Shown: one piece after another, positions 46,901 to 54,956 of the stretch
Position numbering within the stretch: the stretch's first letter is position 1
Layout: the number at the start of each line of letters is the position of its first letter
NCBI GenBank assembly: GCA_031411135.1
Contig: JANOAN010000003.1
Span: 10,614-74,613 of the forward strand
Length of the DNA stretch: 64,000 nt
Direction of reading: 5' to 3'
Source: a bacterium
GTDB lineage: Bacteria; Patescibacteriota; Minisyncoccia; Phycocordibacterales; CAIZLB01
Program-made: the position numbers and the translations under genes
Notes under the pieces: model-generated
The model's database searches: none
What the model was told of the DNA's origin: nothing
Seen by the model: the letters and a program-made list of their open reading frames with translations, nothing else

Positions 46901-47356
46901 TTTTTCACGAATGTATTGACCAACAGAAATAAAGGCTACGCCAGCGATAATTCCAATTATTACCCTACCTGTAACACCAATAATATTATTAACGAAGGCA
47001 TATCTTAGGAAAAAAGAAACTCCGAGAATGACCGCGACTACGCCAGCAACACCTAGGATCCTTCCCCACTTCTCTTCATTATTGATAGGATTAGGTACGG
47101 CAACAACAGGAGTAACTGGAACTGGTTGTGGAATCGCTTCAGGAACTTGGTTTAAAATAGGAGCAGATTGTACAAATTGTTTTTTCTCTAAAAGACTAAT
47201 ACGATCCTCTACTTTGTAAATTTTGACTAACAATATAACAAATGCTGCAACTATCAATATAAACTCGAACATAATGATTTTAATAAGGGTTATTAATATA
47301 CTTACATTATACTCCTTATTTTTAAACACAAGAGCATTCCCACGAACCTCAGGCAA
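43976..47356 (-). CDS. very large polytopic membrane protein (DUF2339-like N-terminal half, extracytoplasmic C-terminal half)
   Basis: 1126 aa. About 20 predicted TM helices in the first ~650 aa, then a ~430 aa soluble domain, then a final TM anchor. The start may be the internal MFEFIL at about 47272. Confidence 0.6.
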   Translation of the reverse strand: MPEVRGNALVFKNKEYNVSILITLIKIIMFEFILIVAAFVILLVKIYKVEDRISLLEKKQFVQSAPILNQVPEAIPQPVPVTPVVAVPNPINNEEKWGRILGVAGVVAVILGVSFFLRYAFVNNIIGVTGRVIIGIIAGVAFISVGQYIREKYRAYSNILMGCGIGLLYLTTFASFAFYHLVSSPVAYGLLIGISALSVVLSVVDNAMVLAMIGVVGGFLTPIFMTLSNASLSQVLTYILILDVGVMVVAYVYKWRKLTTTAFAGTWLLVFMCFTNLYEKADRLGMCFFLFLYFVVFLLSSIFHHIIRKEMSDSTDLAVIVVNALGYATVTYSLLYEPFKNFMGFFMILMAMLYFAIALLSFKTNKENKLLNMFLPAMSALFLTLAIPAQLDGPWIALAWFVEAVAMYALDYNLKGKNLYAYGSIVFVVSALYTFVRYVDSMVYGKAFNFLWNERFFIFLVGIVTAYVLAFILNKAVKEGVDVTQGTKSLVAVYFVIAQVASIFILTSETSQLYSSKIYVKTESLNKEIAQLQQNYYASNTYNSSNAMTEGQTQDYQTELQQKKLDLSTVTRSLSNQKNTAVDIVWILYALISIGIGFSVKSKWFRTTGMVLMAVTAVKIFVDVWDLGPVYRIITSLVFGVIALFASFIYAKYKDKLKTGAVSLLLLGLLSIPNSTFAATDKEIIEASPYRAEISSASIVEGRPTRLIIPADVQEKSNISDIRVFTGIGVQVPYTLNYSSFGDTSEFVDLDVQNLSERNRHLEFILDNKDKTFLTHNVLRFVDTASQNNFRYIVKVYGSDTSLSLDSSNWRQLSLEEKPQYIFNFYDAATKQSVGNATISYEPSNSRFLKVVLIPFDQDSSIKNDVSFNNSLLNFRPKKVGIFGFATQSALISGLKENSVPKDVKIVQNEKNQTTEIYFDFKDKGILANGIDLIGSSTNFYRNIRLQVKNDFVEGGIGSYSNIIASPSGVWYEVGGGSIYSFSKEDGTKLESLHINFPMIKASHYQIIIDNQDNQPLNLESKVMVNSPAAVLTFVPRSSGPFYLYFGGNLNSPVYDIDTVLQNTSLKQKDLSTVVVSGVLSNPEYKPFVAVVPFSEKYSWLLNTVLVLLIIFIAILIISYVKKIRR

Positions 47357-47373
47357 TGTTACAATATTAACAA

Positions 47374-47847
47374 ATGAAGAAAGATCCTATTACATGGCAC
47401 AACCATGAATACGAACATAGAGAAAAAAGTCGTGACTGGTTCTTTGCTGTCGGAATCATTACGGTATCGGCCTTTATAATTGCAATTCTCTTTAACAACT
47501 ACATTCTATCAGTACTAATCTTACTTGGAGGTTTTTGCATGATTCTCTTTGGTAACAAAGAACCTAATCATGTCCGGTTTGAAATCAATGGGGCTGGAAT
47601 AATTATTGATAAAACCCTTTATCCATTTGGAACCCTACATTCTTTTTGGGTGGAAAATAATGACCACATTGAAATGCCATCGATGCTTTTTATTCGTTCC
47701 AATAAAGCACTGGTTCCTTTAATTCATATACCTATGATTTGGGATGTTGATCCAGAAATAGTTAGAAATCATCTTTTAGAACATATACCCGAGGAGGAAC
47801 ACTCGGGATCAGTTTCTCATAGGATTATGGATTATATTGGTTTTTAG
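47374..47847 (+). CDS. two-TM membrane protein, hypothetical
   Basis: 157 aa with a hydrophobic hairpin (WFFAVGIITVSAFIIAILF / LSVLILLGGFCMILF) followed by a soluble domain. Confidence 0.5.
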   Translation: MKKDPITWHNHEYEHREKSRDWFFAVGIITVSAFIIAILFNNYILSVLILLGGFCMILFGNKEPNHVRFEINGAGIIIDKTLYPFGTLHSFWVENNDHIEMPSMLFIRSNKALVPLIHIPMIWDVDPEIVRNHLLEHIPEEEHSGSVSHRIMDYIGF

Positions 47848-47963
47848 CTAAGTAAGTATTGACATTCATAACATAATATTTTATGGTGTACTCGGCAAAG
47901 ATCTTTGATCTGGTCAATTGTCAGAGTAATTTCACAAACCACCAACAAGAAAGGATTATTCAT

Positions 47964-48644
47964 ATGCTAAGTAATGTCAGACACGAAAGCAAAGTAAATA
48001 CCAACGGAAGAAGTGCAGTGTGTGGTTACGCAAAAGCTGAAGAAAGGAACCATCCTGTAGCCGTAGTAATATTCATAATCATACTGGCAGCACTTACTGC
48101 CGAGTTCGTGATTATCCCTTGGAAGAACAGGACGAAGACGGCAGAAGTGACTTCGGTTCAAGTTTTACCGCTCACCTACATTGAGGAAGCACGTGTAGAG
48201 AAAACCCTCCTCGCCCTCAAAGCGTGGACGGAATCGAGCGAATCCAGAAGTAAAGTCATGGACGAGACCATTCGTCAAATGACTGACGCAGTAACGTCGG
48301 AAATCTACTGGCACCAGACGAATGAAAAGGAACGCAAGGTGCTACGAGAGGTTATCGAGGGCAAGGAGAGGAAGAATATTCCCATTCCCTCTGGACTGCA
48401 AGAAAGTCTGGCAAAGTTGGGAGACTTCGAAGCTTCGATTCCCCACCTGTGGAACAAGGACTTCAACCTCCCTTCCACACTGTCGCGACTTGAGGCGGAT
48501 AAAATCAAGACAGCCGCTGGCAAGACTGTTTATGAGAAGTTCAAGAGGTGGAGAGCAGATGAAGAAGATGTAACGAGGTACGTCCTCGGTATCGTCCCGT
48601 CTCGAGCGACCCCATTGCCCCCGCAGATCAAGAAAAAGCGCTAA
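47964..48644 (+). CDS. hypothetical membrane-anchored protein (GC-rich orphan)
   Basis: I moved the start to MLSNVRH at 47964, because the track start at 47883 lies inside the promoter TTGACA-17-TATGGT (47860..47888). One TM helix (VAVVIFIIILAALTAEFVII). Terminator at 48652..48693. Confidence 0.5.
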   Translation: MLSNVRHESKVNTNGRSAVCGYAKAEERNHPVAVVIFIIILAALTAEFVIIPWKNRTKTAEVTSVQVLPLTYIEEARVEKTLLALKAWTESSESRSKVMDETIRQMTDAVTSEIYWHQTNEKERKVLREVIEGKERKNIPIPSGLQESLAKLGDFEASIPHLWNKDFNLPSTLSRLEADKIKTAAGKTVYEKFKRWRADEEDVTRYVLGIVPSRATPLPPQIKKKR

Positions 48645-48651
48645 CGCACCG

Positions 48652-48693
48652 TCGCTGATGGTCCCTTCTTTGGGGCCGTCAGCGATTTTCTTT
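48652..48693 (+). terminator. intrinsic terminator
   Basis: CGCUGAUGGUCCC-UUCUUU-GGGGCCGUCAGCG followed by AUUUUCUUUU. Confidence 0.65.
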
Positions 48694-48723
48694 TATATGA
48701 AGTTTATGGTAATTTAAGCGAAT

Positions 48724-48798
48724 GCTCTCGTCGTTCAATGGATAGGACGTAACTTTGCGGAAGTTATGATACAGGTTCGATTCCTGTCGAGAGCACCA
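48724..48798 (+). tRNA. tRNA-Arg (anticodon GCG) with encoded CCA
   Basis: Acceptor GCTCTCG/CGAGAGC, anticodon stem-loop TAACT-TTGCGGA-AGTTA, T-arm ACAGG-TTCGATT-CCTGT, and a 3' ACCA. Confidence 0.8.
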
Positions 48799-48870
48799 CT
48801 AAGGCCGATGCGGAGGCCTCATATTTCTCAACGTTTTTTCGTTGTTGAAATTGAGCACCCCGCTTGGAAT

Positions 48871-50268
48871 CTAACTTTTAGGAAGGATACCTTCTTTTTG
48901 CTGTTTTTGATTGGGCTGACTTACAGGAGGTGTGTCTTTCAACAGCTCATCTGATTCAGTCTTATCAACAGATATCTTTCCATCTTTCAAAATCAATTTG
49001 CTTTTCAGGTTTACTAAAACATGACGTTGTTCGTAAATGTTGCCATCTTTCAGGAGAAACTTCATATATTTTTTGATATCAATATCTCCTAATTCCTTAC
49101 TCTCAAATCCACCTGGATCACCGATGACATCTCTGTGAAAACGATACATTCGATTTACATCCATATCCATCTGTCCTCGTACGCCGAGTTCGTTAATGGA
49201 TAATTCATCAACTATCTCACAGAGTGATTTTATGAGATCCTCCTCACGGATATATGTCATAGGACAATGATGATCTTTTGTCCTTGAACAACCATAATAG
49301 ACGTATCTCATAATAGTTCCGTCTTTCAAAGCTTTAAACTTTTCTTCAGCAGTAACACTTGAACCACAGAGTCCGCATTTAATTAAATGTGTGTAAGCAA
49401 AATCTTTTTTGTAAATCCGTGTCGCTCGTTTTTTCTTCTTCATTTCTTCTCGCACTTTATCAAAAAGTTCCTTTGTGATGAGTGGTTTATGTACACCATG
49501 GTACCAATTACCGCTTTTCTTAGGGTACTCAAACATGCCGTAATAAAAAGTTCTAGTGAGAGCTAGTTGTACACCACTTAATGCAATATGTTTTCCGTTT
49601 GGTGATCTAAAGTCTAGTTCATCAGTAAGCCAATCTCGTATACGATGTTGACTCCAACCCTCGGACGCTTTTTCAAACATCATTTGGACTATGTGTGCTC
49701 GAACTGGATCTATCTTCACAATACCTCGATTACCTTTCTCTCCAACATTCGTGTATCCCAAAGGTGCAACCCCTGGCCACAACCCTTTTTCTACAAGAGT
49801 TCTCAAACCTCTTTTTACATTTATACCTTTAGTATCATTTTCAAGTTTTGCTTGTGATCCAAGAATCATGAGTAGAAATTTCTCGTTAGGTGAGTTAGAA
49901 AAGTTTTGATTATATGTCCTGATTTCTAAAAGTTGCTTACTATCCATAAGATCAATCAGTCTACCTAGATCACCTGCATTTCGGCTAAGTCTATCTGGAT
50001 GCCACGTAAGGATTGCATTGTATTTTCCAGCCTTTATCTCGTCGATCATTTTATTAAAAACTTCACGCTCACCAGAATTTTTAGCTGAGTGGGCTTCAGT
50101 TTTTACTGTCACTACTGAAAGATGATCTCGTTCGGCAAGTTTATTCATCTCACTTATCTGAGATTCAATTGACAAAGCTTGTCGTTCTTCGTCCTCGCTA
50201 GATTTTCTGGCGTAGAGGCAGTAGATGAGGGCTGGAGATGGCACTTCTTTTACAGCAGAGTTTTCCAT
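48871..50268 (-). CDS. large serine recombinase (resolvase/invertase N-domain + recombinase + zinc-ribbon)
   Basis: YARKSSEDE catalytic Ser region, PDRLSRN, a recombinase domain, and a Cys cluster (CGLCGS...YYGCSRTKDHHC). Confidence 0.85.
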   Translation of the reverse strand: MENSAVKEVPSPALIYCLYARKSSEDEERQALSIESQISEMNKLAERDHLSVVTVKTEAHSAKNSGEREVFNKMIDEIKAGKYNAILTWHPDRLSRNAGDLGRLIDLMDSKQLLEIRTYNQNFSNSPNEKFLLMILGSQAKLENDTKGINVKRGLRTLVEKGLWPGVAPLGYTNVGEKGNRGIVKIDPVRAHIVQMMFEKASEGWSQHRIRDWLTDELDFRSPNGKHIALSGVQLALTRTFYYGMFEYPKKSGNWYHGVHKPLITKELFDKVREEMKKKKRATRIYKKDFAYTHLIKCGLCGSSVTAEEKFKALKDGTIMRYVYYGCSRTKDHHCPMTYIREEDLIKSLCEIVDELSINELGVRGQMDMDVNRMYRFHRDVIGDPGGFESKELGDIDIKKYMKFLLKDGNIYEQRHVLVNLKSKLILKDGKISVDKTESDELLKDTPPVSQPNQKQQKEGILPKS

Positions 50269-50309
50269 AACTCATATTTTAATAAAAATACAGATGGAAA
50301 TCTAGATAT

Positions 50310-51629
50310 TTATTCCATCATCAGCTTCTTATCCTTCAGCAATATTCTACTCTTAATACAACTTAGCACTTCTCGCTTCTGCAACATCGTCCCGTGCTGA
50401 AGCATATGCTTTGCAAATGTTTTGATTGATACGTCTTTGTGCTTCTTCGATTGCCCTAGATCCACCCCAAGCACTCCAGTCTGGAAAAGTGCATATCGTG
50501 CCACTTCTTCTTGAAGCTTCTGCTTCAGTTCTGATTTATCCATGCTCATCTTGTCTATTATCGGTAACATCTCTGATATCAATATATCCTCTTTCACTGA
50601 CTCGTTCGGACAGTCTCGATCCTTCAATTTGGTGCACCTGTAGTAGACATGAGCGTTGAAACCACCATCCTTCAATTCCTTGATCTTCTCCTCTGCTGTT
50701 ATGCCCGATTCGCAGTAGGCACAGTGGAGCATTCTGGTGAAGGCAAACTCTCTGCCGTAGGCTTTTTTCTTCTCAACCCTGATTTTGTCCTGCACCAGAT
50801 CGAAAAGTTCCTTGGTGATGATCGGTGTATGCTTGCCTGTATACCAGTCACCGCTTCCAACAGGATATTCAAACACTCCGTAGTAGAAGGTCAGCCTTAA
50901 TATTCGGTAGATATTACCTAATGTCATCGGCTTGTTGCCTCTTGTTACAAATTTCACATCTTTGAGCCACCTATATATCTTCCTACCAGAGTAGTTTTCA
51001 GTGGCTACTTTTTCAAATATTTCTTTTATGAGTGGTGCTCTTACGGGATCAACTTCCACCTGACACTTTTTATCCACATTTTTGCTGTTTAGGTATCCAG
51101 TTGGTGCTGTGCATGGCCAGAGTCCCATCTGGCATCTTGCCCTTAGGCCTCGCTTCACATTTACCACCTTATTGTCGTTCTCAAGCTTTGCCTGTGATCC
51201 TAGAATCATGAGCATAAATTTCTCATTCGGCGTGTTGCTGAACTTTTGTCCATAGGTGCGTATCTCATGAAGCTTCTTCTGATCCATCAAGTCTACGATT
51301 CTTCCAAGATCACCTGCGTTTCGTGCAATTCTATCAGGTGCCCACGTCAGTATTCCATTGAACTTACCCTGATTGATCTCATTCACGATTTCGTTGAACA
51401 CTGGTCGTTGCCCCGCTTCCTTGGCAGAATGCGACTCTTGTTTTCTTGCCACAATCTCTAATCCCTCATTAATCGCCATCTTCTCCATTTCCCGTATCTG
51501 GCTATCAATGGAGAGTACCTGCTTATCCTCCTGTTCTGTACTTTTCCTTGCGTAAAGCACGTATTTAACCCTTACAGGGATTGATATTTTGGCCTCCATC
51601 CCCACTGGCCTTTGTATTGTATGATCCAT
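50310..51629 (-). CDS. large serine recombinase, paralog of 48871..50268
   Basis: YARKSTEQE, PDRIARN, and a Cys cluster (CAYCES...YYRCTKLKDRDC). The start may be the second Met (MEAKIS, 51599), which aligns better with the paralog's N-terminus. Confidence 0.85.
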   Translation of the reverse strand: MDHTIQRPVGMEAKISIPVRVKYVLYARKSTEQEDKQVLSIDSQIREMEKMAINEGLEIVARKQESHSAKEAGQRPVFNEIVNEINQGKFNGILTWAPDRIARNAGDLGRIVDLMDQKKLHEIRTYGQKFSNTPNEKFMLMILGSQAKLENDNKVVNVKRGLRARCQMGLWPCTAPTGYLNSKNVDKKCQVEVDPVRAPLIKEIFEKVATENYSGRKIYRWLKDVKFVTRGNKPMTLGNIYRILRLTFYYGVFEYPVGSGDWYTGKHTPIITKELFDLVQDKIRVEKKKAYGREFAFTRMLHCAYCESGITAEEKIKELKDGGFNAHVYYRCTKLKDRDCPNESVKEDILISEMLPIIDKMSMDKSELKQKLQEEVARYALFQTGVLGVDLGQSKKHKDVSIKTFAKHMLQHGTMLQKREVLSCIKSRILLKDKKLMME

Positions 51630-51633
51630 ACCT

Positions 51634-51683
51634 ACATTGATGACAGAGACCCTCCGAGGAGTCTAGGAGGGGTCAGTTGGTAA
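51634..51683. repeat. 50-bp intergenic repeat, copy A
   Basis: ACATTGATGACAGAGACCCTCCGAGGAGTCTAGGAGGGGTCAGTTGGTAA. About 40 of 50 positions are identical to copy B by hand alignment, and the differences cluster in a central ~10 bp. Confidence 0.8.
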
Positions 51684-52022
51684 CTAATTTCGCTCAATCT
51701 CTGATTTTTTGCTCAATCCTTTCTCTTTAAAAAACCCGTCTATCATTTTTACGTTACCTTTCGCTCCAACGTGCCAGATGTTAACTTCGTTAACTGGAAT
51801 GATTTCTTTGTAATCGTAAATTGTTACCACTGTAGGCTTTTTATGTTTTGTTTTGAAAGACCATTCGACACGCACCTTTCCATCGCTAGATTTCCACCTT
51901 TCATCAGTAACTCTGTCGTTGGGTTTACCTAGACAACTGACAAGATGCTCGTATGAAGAAATGGTATATCCACTGAAACTTGAGCCGTTTATATCCTTTG
52001 GTTCTGCTTTGATGAATTTCAT
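51684..52022 (-). CDS. hypothetical protein
   Basis: A 112 aa ORF lying exactly between repeat copies A and B. No family recognised. Confidence 0.5.
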   Translation of the reverse strand: MKFIKAEPKDINGSSFSGYTISSYEHLVSCLGKPNDRVTDERWKSSDGKVRVEWSFKTKHKKPTVVTIYDYKEIIPVNEVNIWHVGAKGNVKMIDGFFKEKGLSKKSEIERN

Positions 52023-52082
52023 ATGTTTTTTGCTTGTTAATTCGGCCTACGTCAGAGTCACTTGTAGCGGGTTTTCACAAAC

Positions 52083-52132
52083 ACATTGATGACGCAGACC
52101 ACTTAGGAAGTCTAGGAGGGGTGAGTTGGTAA
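52083..52132. repeat. 50-bp intergenic repeat, copy B
   Basis: ACATTGATGACGCAGACCACTTAGGAAGTCTAGGAGGGGTGAGTTGGTAA. It follows a 21-nt module (52050..52070) that recurs at 57981..58000. Confidence 0.8.
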
Positions 52133-52149
52133 TTTTTAGCCTTAAAAAC

Positions 52150-52179
52150 TTAGTAAATAGGCAATTTTTATGGTATAAT
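52150..52179 (+). promoter_or_regulatory. promoter of the KAP NTPase gene (extended -10)
   Basis: TTAGTA, an 18 nt spacer, then TGgTATAAT. The -10 ends 9 nt before the ATG at 52189, which implies a leaderless or near-leaderless mRNA. Confidence 0.45.
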
Positions 52180-52188
52180 GTTGTCATC

Positions 52189-54897
52189 ATGTCAGAAGAC
52201 GAGCAAGATAAAATCAGCAAATGGGACACGCCTTCCAAGAAGGACATGTTCGGCCGTGAGCCGTTTGTAGATACGATAGTAAAAACAATCCAATCGTCTC
52301 AAGAAGGCTTTAACTTGGGTGTCTCTGCTCGATGGGGAGAAGGTAAATCATCAATCTTAGAACAGCTCCAGCCAAAACTAGAAGAGTTGAATTACAAAGT
52401 CTTAACTTTTTCTCCTTGGAAATATACACAGGACAATATATCAATTAAAAGAAAGTTTATAATCGATATCTACTCCCAACTTGGAGAGGATTATGATGAT
52501 ACTGAACTATACAGTTCAACAGAAAGTCAGAAAGAACTAAAAATTGATGCTTACGATAGTATATTTTTTAATAGACTCGGAATTTTTATTCGCTACGGCC
52601 TAACGGTATCTATTTTATTTTTGGCAGTTCTTTTTATTATAAAGTATTGGTTTGGATTTACAATAAATATTACACAGACTTTTTCCACCAATTTATTTAT
52701 TCCTATACTTGCAGCACTTTTACCCATTGTCACAAAAATTACAGAAGTGACGGTAAAACATACAACCCCAAAAATAGAATCTGCCGAGCAATTTGAAAAA
52801 AGATTTAATGACGTTATAAACGGAATAATGGGCACCCATAAATCGCCGGGGAAAATAATCATTTTTGTCGATGATCTTGATCGATGCAATCATGTTGAAG
52901 TTGAACAGATACTTACAGCTTTATTTACATTTTTCAACAATAAGCATTGTACTTATGTGATTACAGCTGATCACACTGTTATTCGAAGATATATAAGTAG
53001 TTTCTTAAAGCTAGAAAACGATCTTAAAGATGATGGAACGGTAGATATGAAAAAGACAGAAGAGACTAGACAAAAAGAGGCGACGGAATATTTAAAAAAG
53101 ATTTTTCAGATTAACTTTATTGTTCCAAGGATACCTAGTGATCTACTTGAACCTTGGATAAGTGACCTACTGAAGGCCAGTCCTGTTATTGAGTTCAAGA
53201 ACCATTACGCAAAAGATTATTTAGTAAACCTCATACTTAATAATTTTCAGGGCAATCCCAGAAAGATAAAGCACTTTATTCGAACTTTAGCATTCCAATT
53301 AGAAGCAATTAATGAAAAAATCCAATGTCTTGCGGATCAAAAGGTAGATGAGAGTAAAAACCTCAACAAGGTTAAGGATTCTCCAGAGCTTTTAGCAAAA
53401 ATACTCATTCTCCAAGATAGGTTCCCTAACTTTTACGAGAAGATCGTATTAGAGCCAAAGCTTTTACAAAGACGTGAAGCTGGCGAGATGGATGAAGACA
53501 AAGAATTACAGAACCTTCTTGCTCAAGAGCCAAAATTCTTTAATTCGCTGACTCGTAATTCTACTCTGAAGACTATCGACCCTTATTACTTCCTGTACTT
53601 CTCAGGATCGACTGGCTTCGTGGAAACTGCTGTAGTCGACCCAGCGGAGGTCAAGGCTCTTGCAAGAAGTGCAGACTTTGACGGACTCACAAAAATAATT
53701 CGAGGTTTGACCGATGAGCCGAGAAACATGCAAGTTGAACATATAAAGCTTGAATTTGATTCTCCACAAATACAACCACCTGAAAAAGTAAATATTGTAA
53801 GAAGTCTTTTCCATACAGTTACTTTAATAGAAGAACCCAGCCTCAGACTCCAAAAGCTTAAAGAAATTCTTGATAATAAGACAAAGTACAAGCTTGAATT
53901 TGCATCCTTGCAGTCGGTTGATTTTGGAAACTTTATAACTTTTGCAGATATTGATGTAATAAACAAACTTTTTGTAGGTACTCCTTTCACAGATATTGCA
54001 ATGCAGACTCAAATTCTTAGTGCATTTATAAGCAAGCAAGATGAAATAAAAAATGTTGATGTTCTAAAAAAGTTTATTCAAGTTATTGCCACTGGCATTT
54101 CTAAGAACGATGCCAATTCTCAATCTTATCTAATATTGGCAAAAAAGATAAGTGATAAAAACTTTCTTGATGCAGATACGCTTCAGAATAGTTTGATTGA
54201 AACATATAAAAAGGCTCCCGATCCTTTAAAACAGGAACTTTTTGATACATTGCTTGATATTAAACCAAAGTTATCTGCACCAAAGCAACAGGAATTTGAA
54301 GAGATAATTCTAGCTGTTATTGAAAAAGACCCTATCGCCGAAAGTCTTGCGATGATTGGCAATATTCCTGTGAAGATTAATAAATCTAAATTAAGTATGT
54401 CGAAAGTCACTTCAGTAGTGAACAAAAGAATTTCTAGTTCAACAGATGTTGAAATTGCTCAGCTTGCAAATATTATGCTTCATCAAGCTATAAAAGATGA
54501 GCTTGGTCCAGATAATACAGAGCTAACACTCATTACTCTGGTCGAATTACTTGATTCTAAGGATCAACCAACGATAGCACTCATAAGAGGACGCCTTCCT
54601 GAATTCATAACTCATTCGACTAATAAGTCAAAGTTGCTAGATCAAGTATTGAAATCTGTAGAAACTGGCCCCCTTACGGAAAGTGCTCAAACGATGGATA
54701 CCTTGAAGAGCATGGATGATTTCTGGAACACCAATCCTTTTTTAAAAAAGGAACTTGTATCTAAATTGAAAGCTTCTTTGAAATGGATCGTGGATAAGGA
54801 TATAAAAAGTTTAGTAACAAAAAGTTTGGGAGAACTCGATCCTCCTCCTGAGCCCAAGAAGAAAAAAGAGTCCACTGAGCCTGCACCAGATAAATAA
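52189..54897 (+). CDS. KAP-family P-loop NTPase
   Basis: Walker A ARWGEGKSS, then two hydrophobic helices inserted into the NTPase domain (LGIFIRYGLTVSILFLAVLFII, LFIPILAALLPIV), then Walker B IIIFVDDLDRC. This insertion is the defining KAP architecture. I moved the start to MSEDEQDK. Confidence 0.75.
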   Translation: MSEDEQDKISKWDTPSKKDMFGREPFVDTIVKTIQSSQEGFNLGVSARWGEGKSSILEQLQPKLEELNYKVLTFSPWKYTQDNISIKRKFIIDIYSQLGEDYDDTELYSSTESQKELKIDAYDSIFFNRLGIFIRYGLTVSILFLAVLFIIKYWFGFTINITQTFSTNLFIPILAALLPIVTKITEVTVKHTTPKIESAEQFEKRFNDVINGIMGTHKSPGKIIIFVDDLDRCNHVEVEQILTALFTFFNNKHCTYVITADHTVIRRYISSFLKLENDLKDDGTVDMKKTEETRQKEATEYLKKIFQINFIVPRIPSDLLEPWISDLLKASPVIEFKNHYAKDYLVNLILNNFQGNPRKIKHFIRTLAFQLEAINEKIQCLADQKVDESKNLNKVKDSPELLAKILILQDRFPNFYEKIVLEPKLLQRREAGEMDEDKELQNLLAQEPKFFNSLTRNSTLKTIDPYYFLYFSGSTGFVETAVVDPAEVKALARSADFDGLTKIIRGLTDEPRNMQVEHIKLEFDSPQIQPPEKVNIVRSLFHTVTLIEEPSLRLQKLKEILDNKTKYKLEFASLQSVDFGNFITFADIDVINKLFVGTPFTDIAMQTQILSAFISKQDEIKNVDVLKKFIQVIATGISKNDANSQSYLILAKKISDKNFLDADTLQNSLIETYKKAPDPLKQELFDTLLDIKPKLSAPKQQEFEEIILAVIEKDPIAESLAMIGNIPVKINKSKLSMSKVTSVVNKRISSSTDVEIAQLANIMLHQAIKDELGPDNTELTLITLVELLDSKDQPTIALIRGRLPEFITHSTNKSKLLDQVLKSVETGPLTESAQTMDTLKSMDDFWNTNPFLKKELVSKLKASLKWIVDKDIKSLVTKSLGELDPPPEPKKKKESTEPAPDK

Positions 54898-54956
54898 TCA
54901 AATGTTGGCAACCCATGCTTCGCAAGTCTATATTTTTAAGCTAAGATTCTTCTAAC

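Noticed and set aside
51634-51683. HDV-like or other self-cleaving ribozyme fold for repeat A/B.
   Set aside because: A tentative P1 (GACCC/GGGUC) in copy A is not supported by copy B (CACCC/UGGUC). Only the AGAC/GUCU helix is shared. I kept the repeat as a finding without a class assignment.
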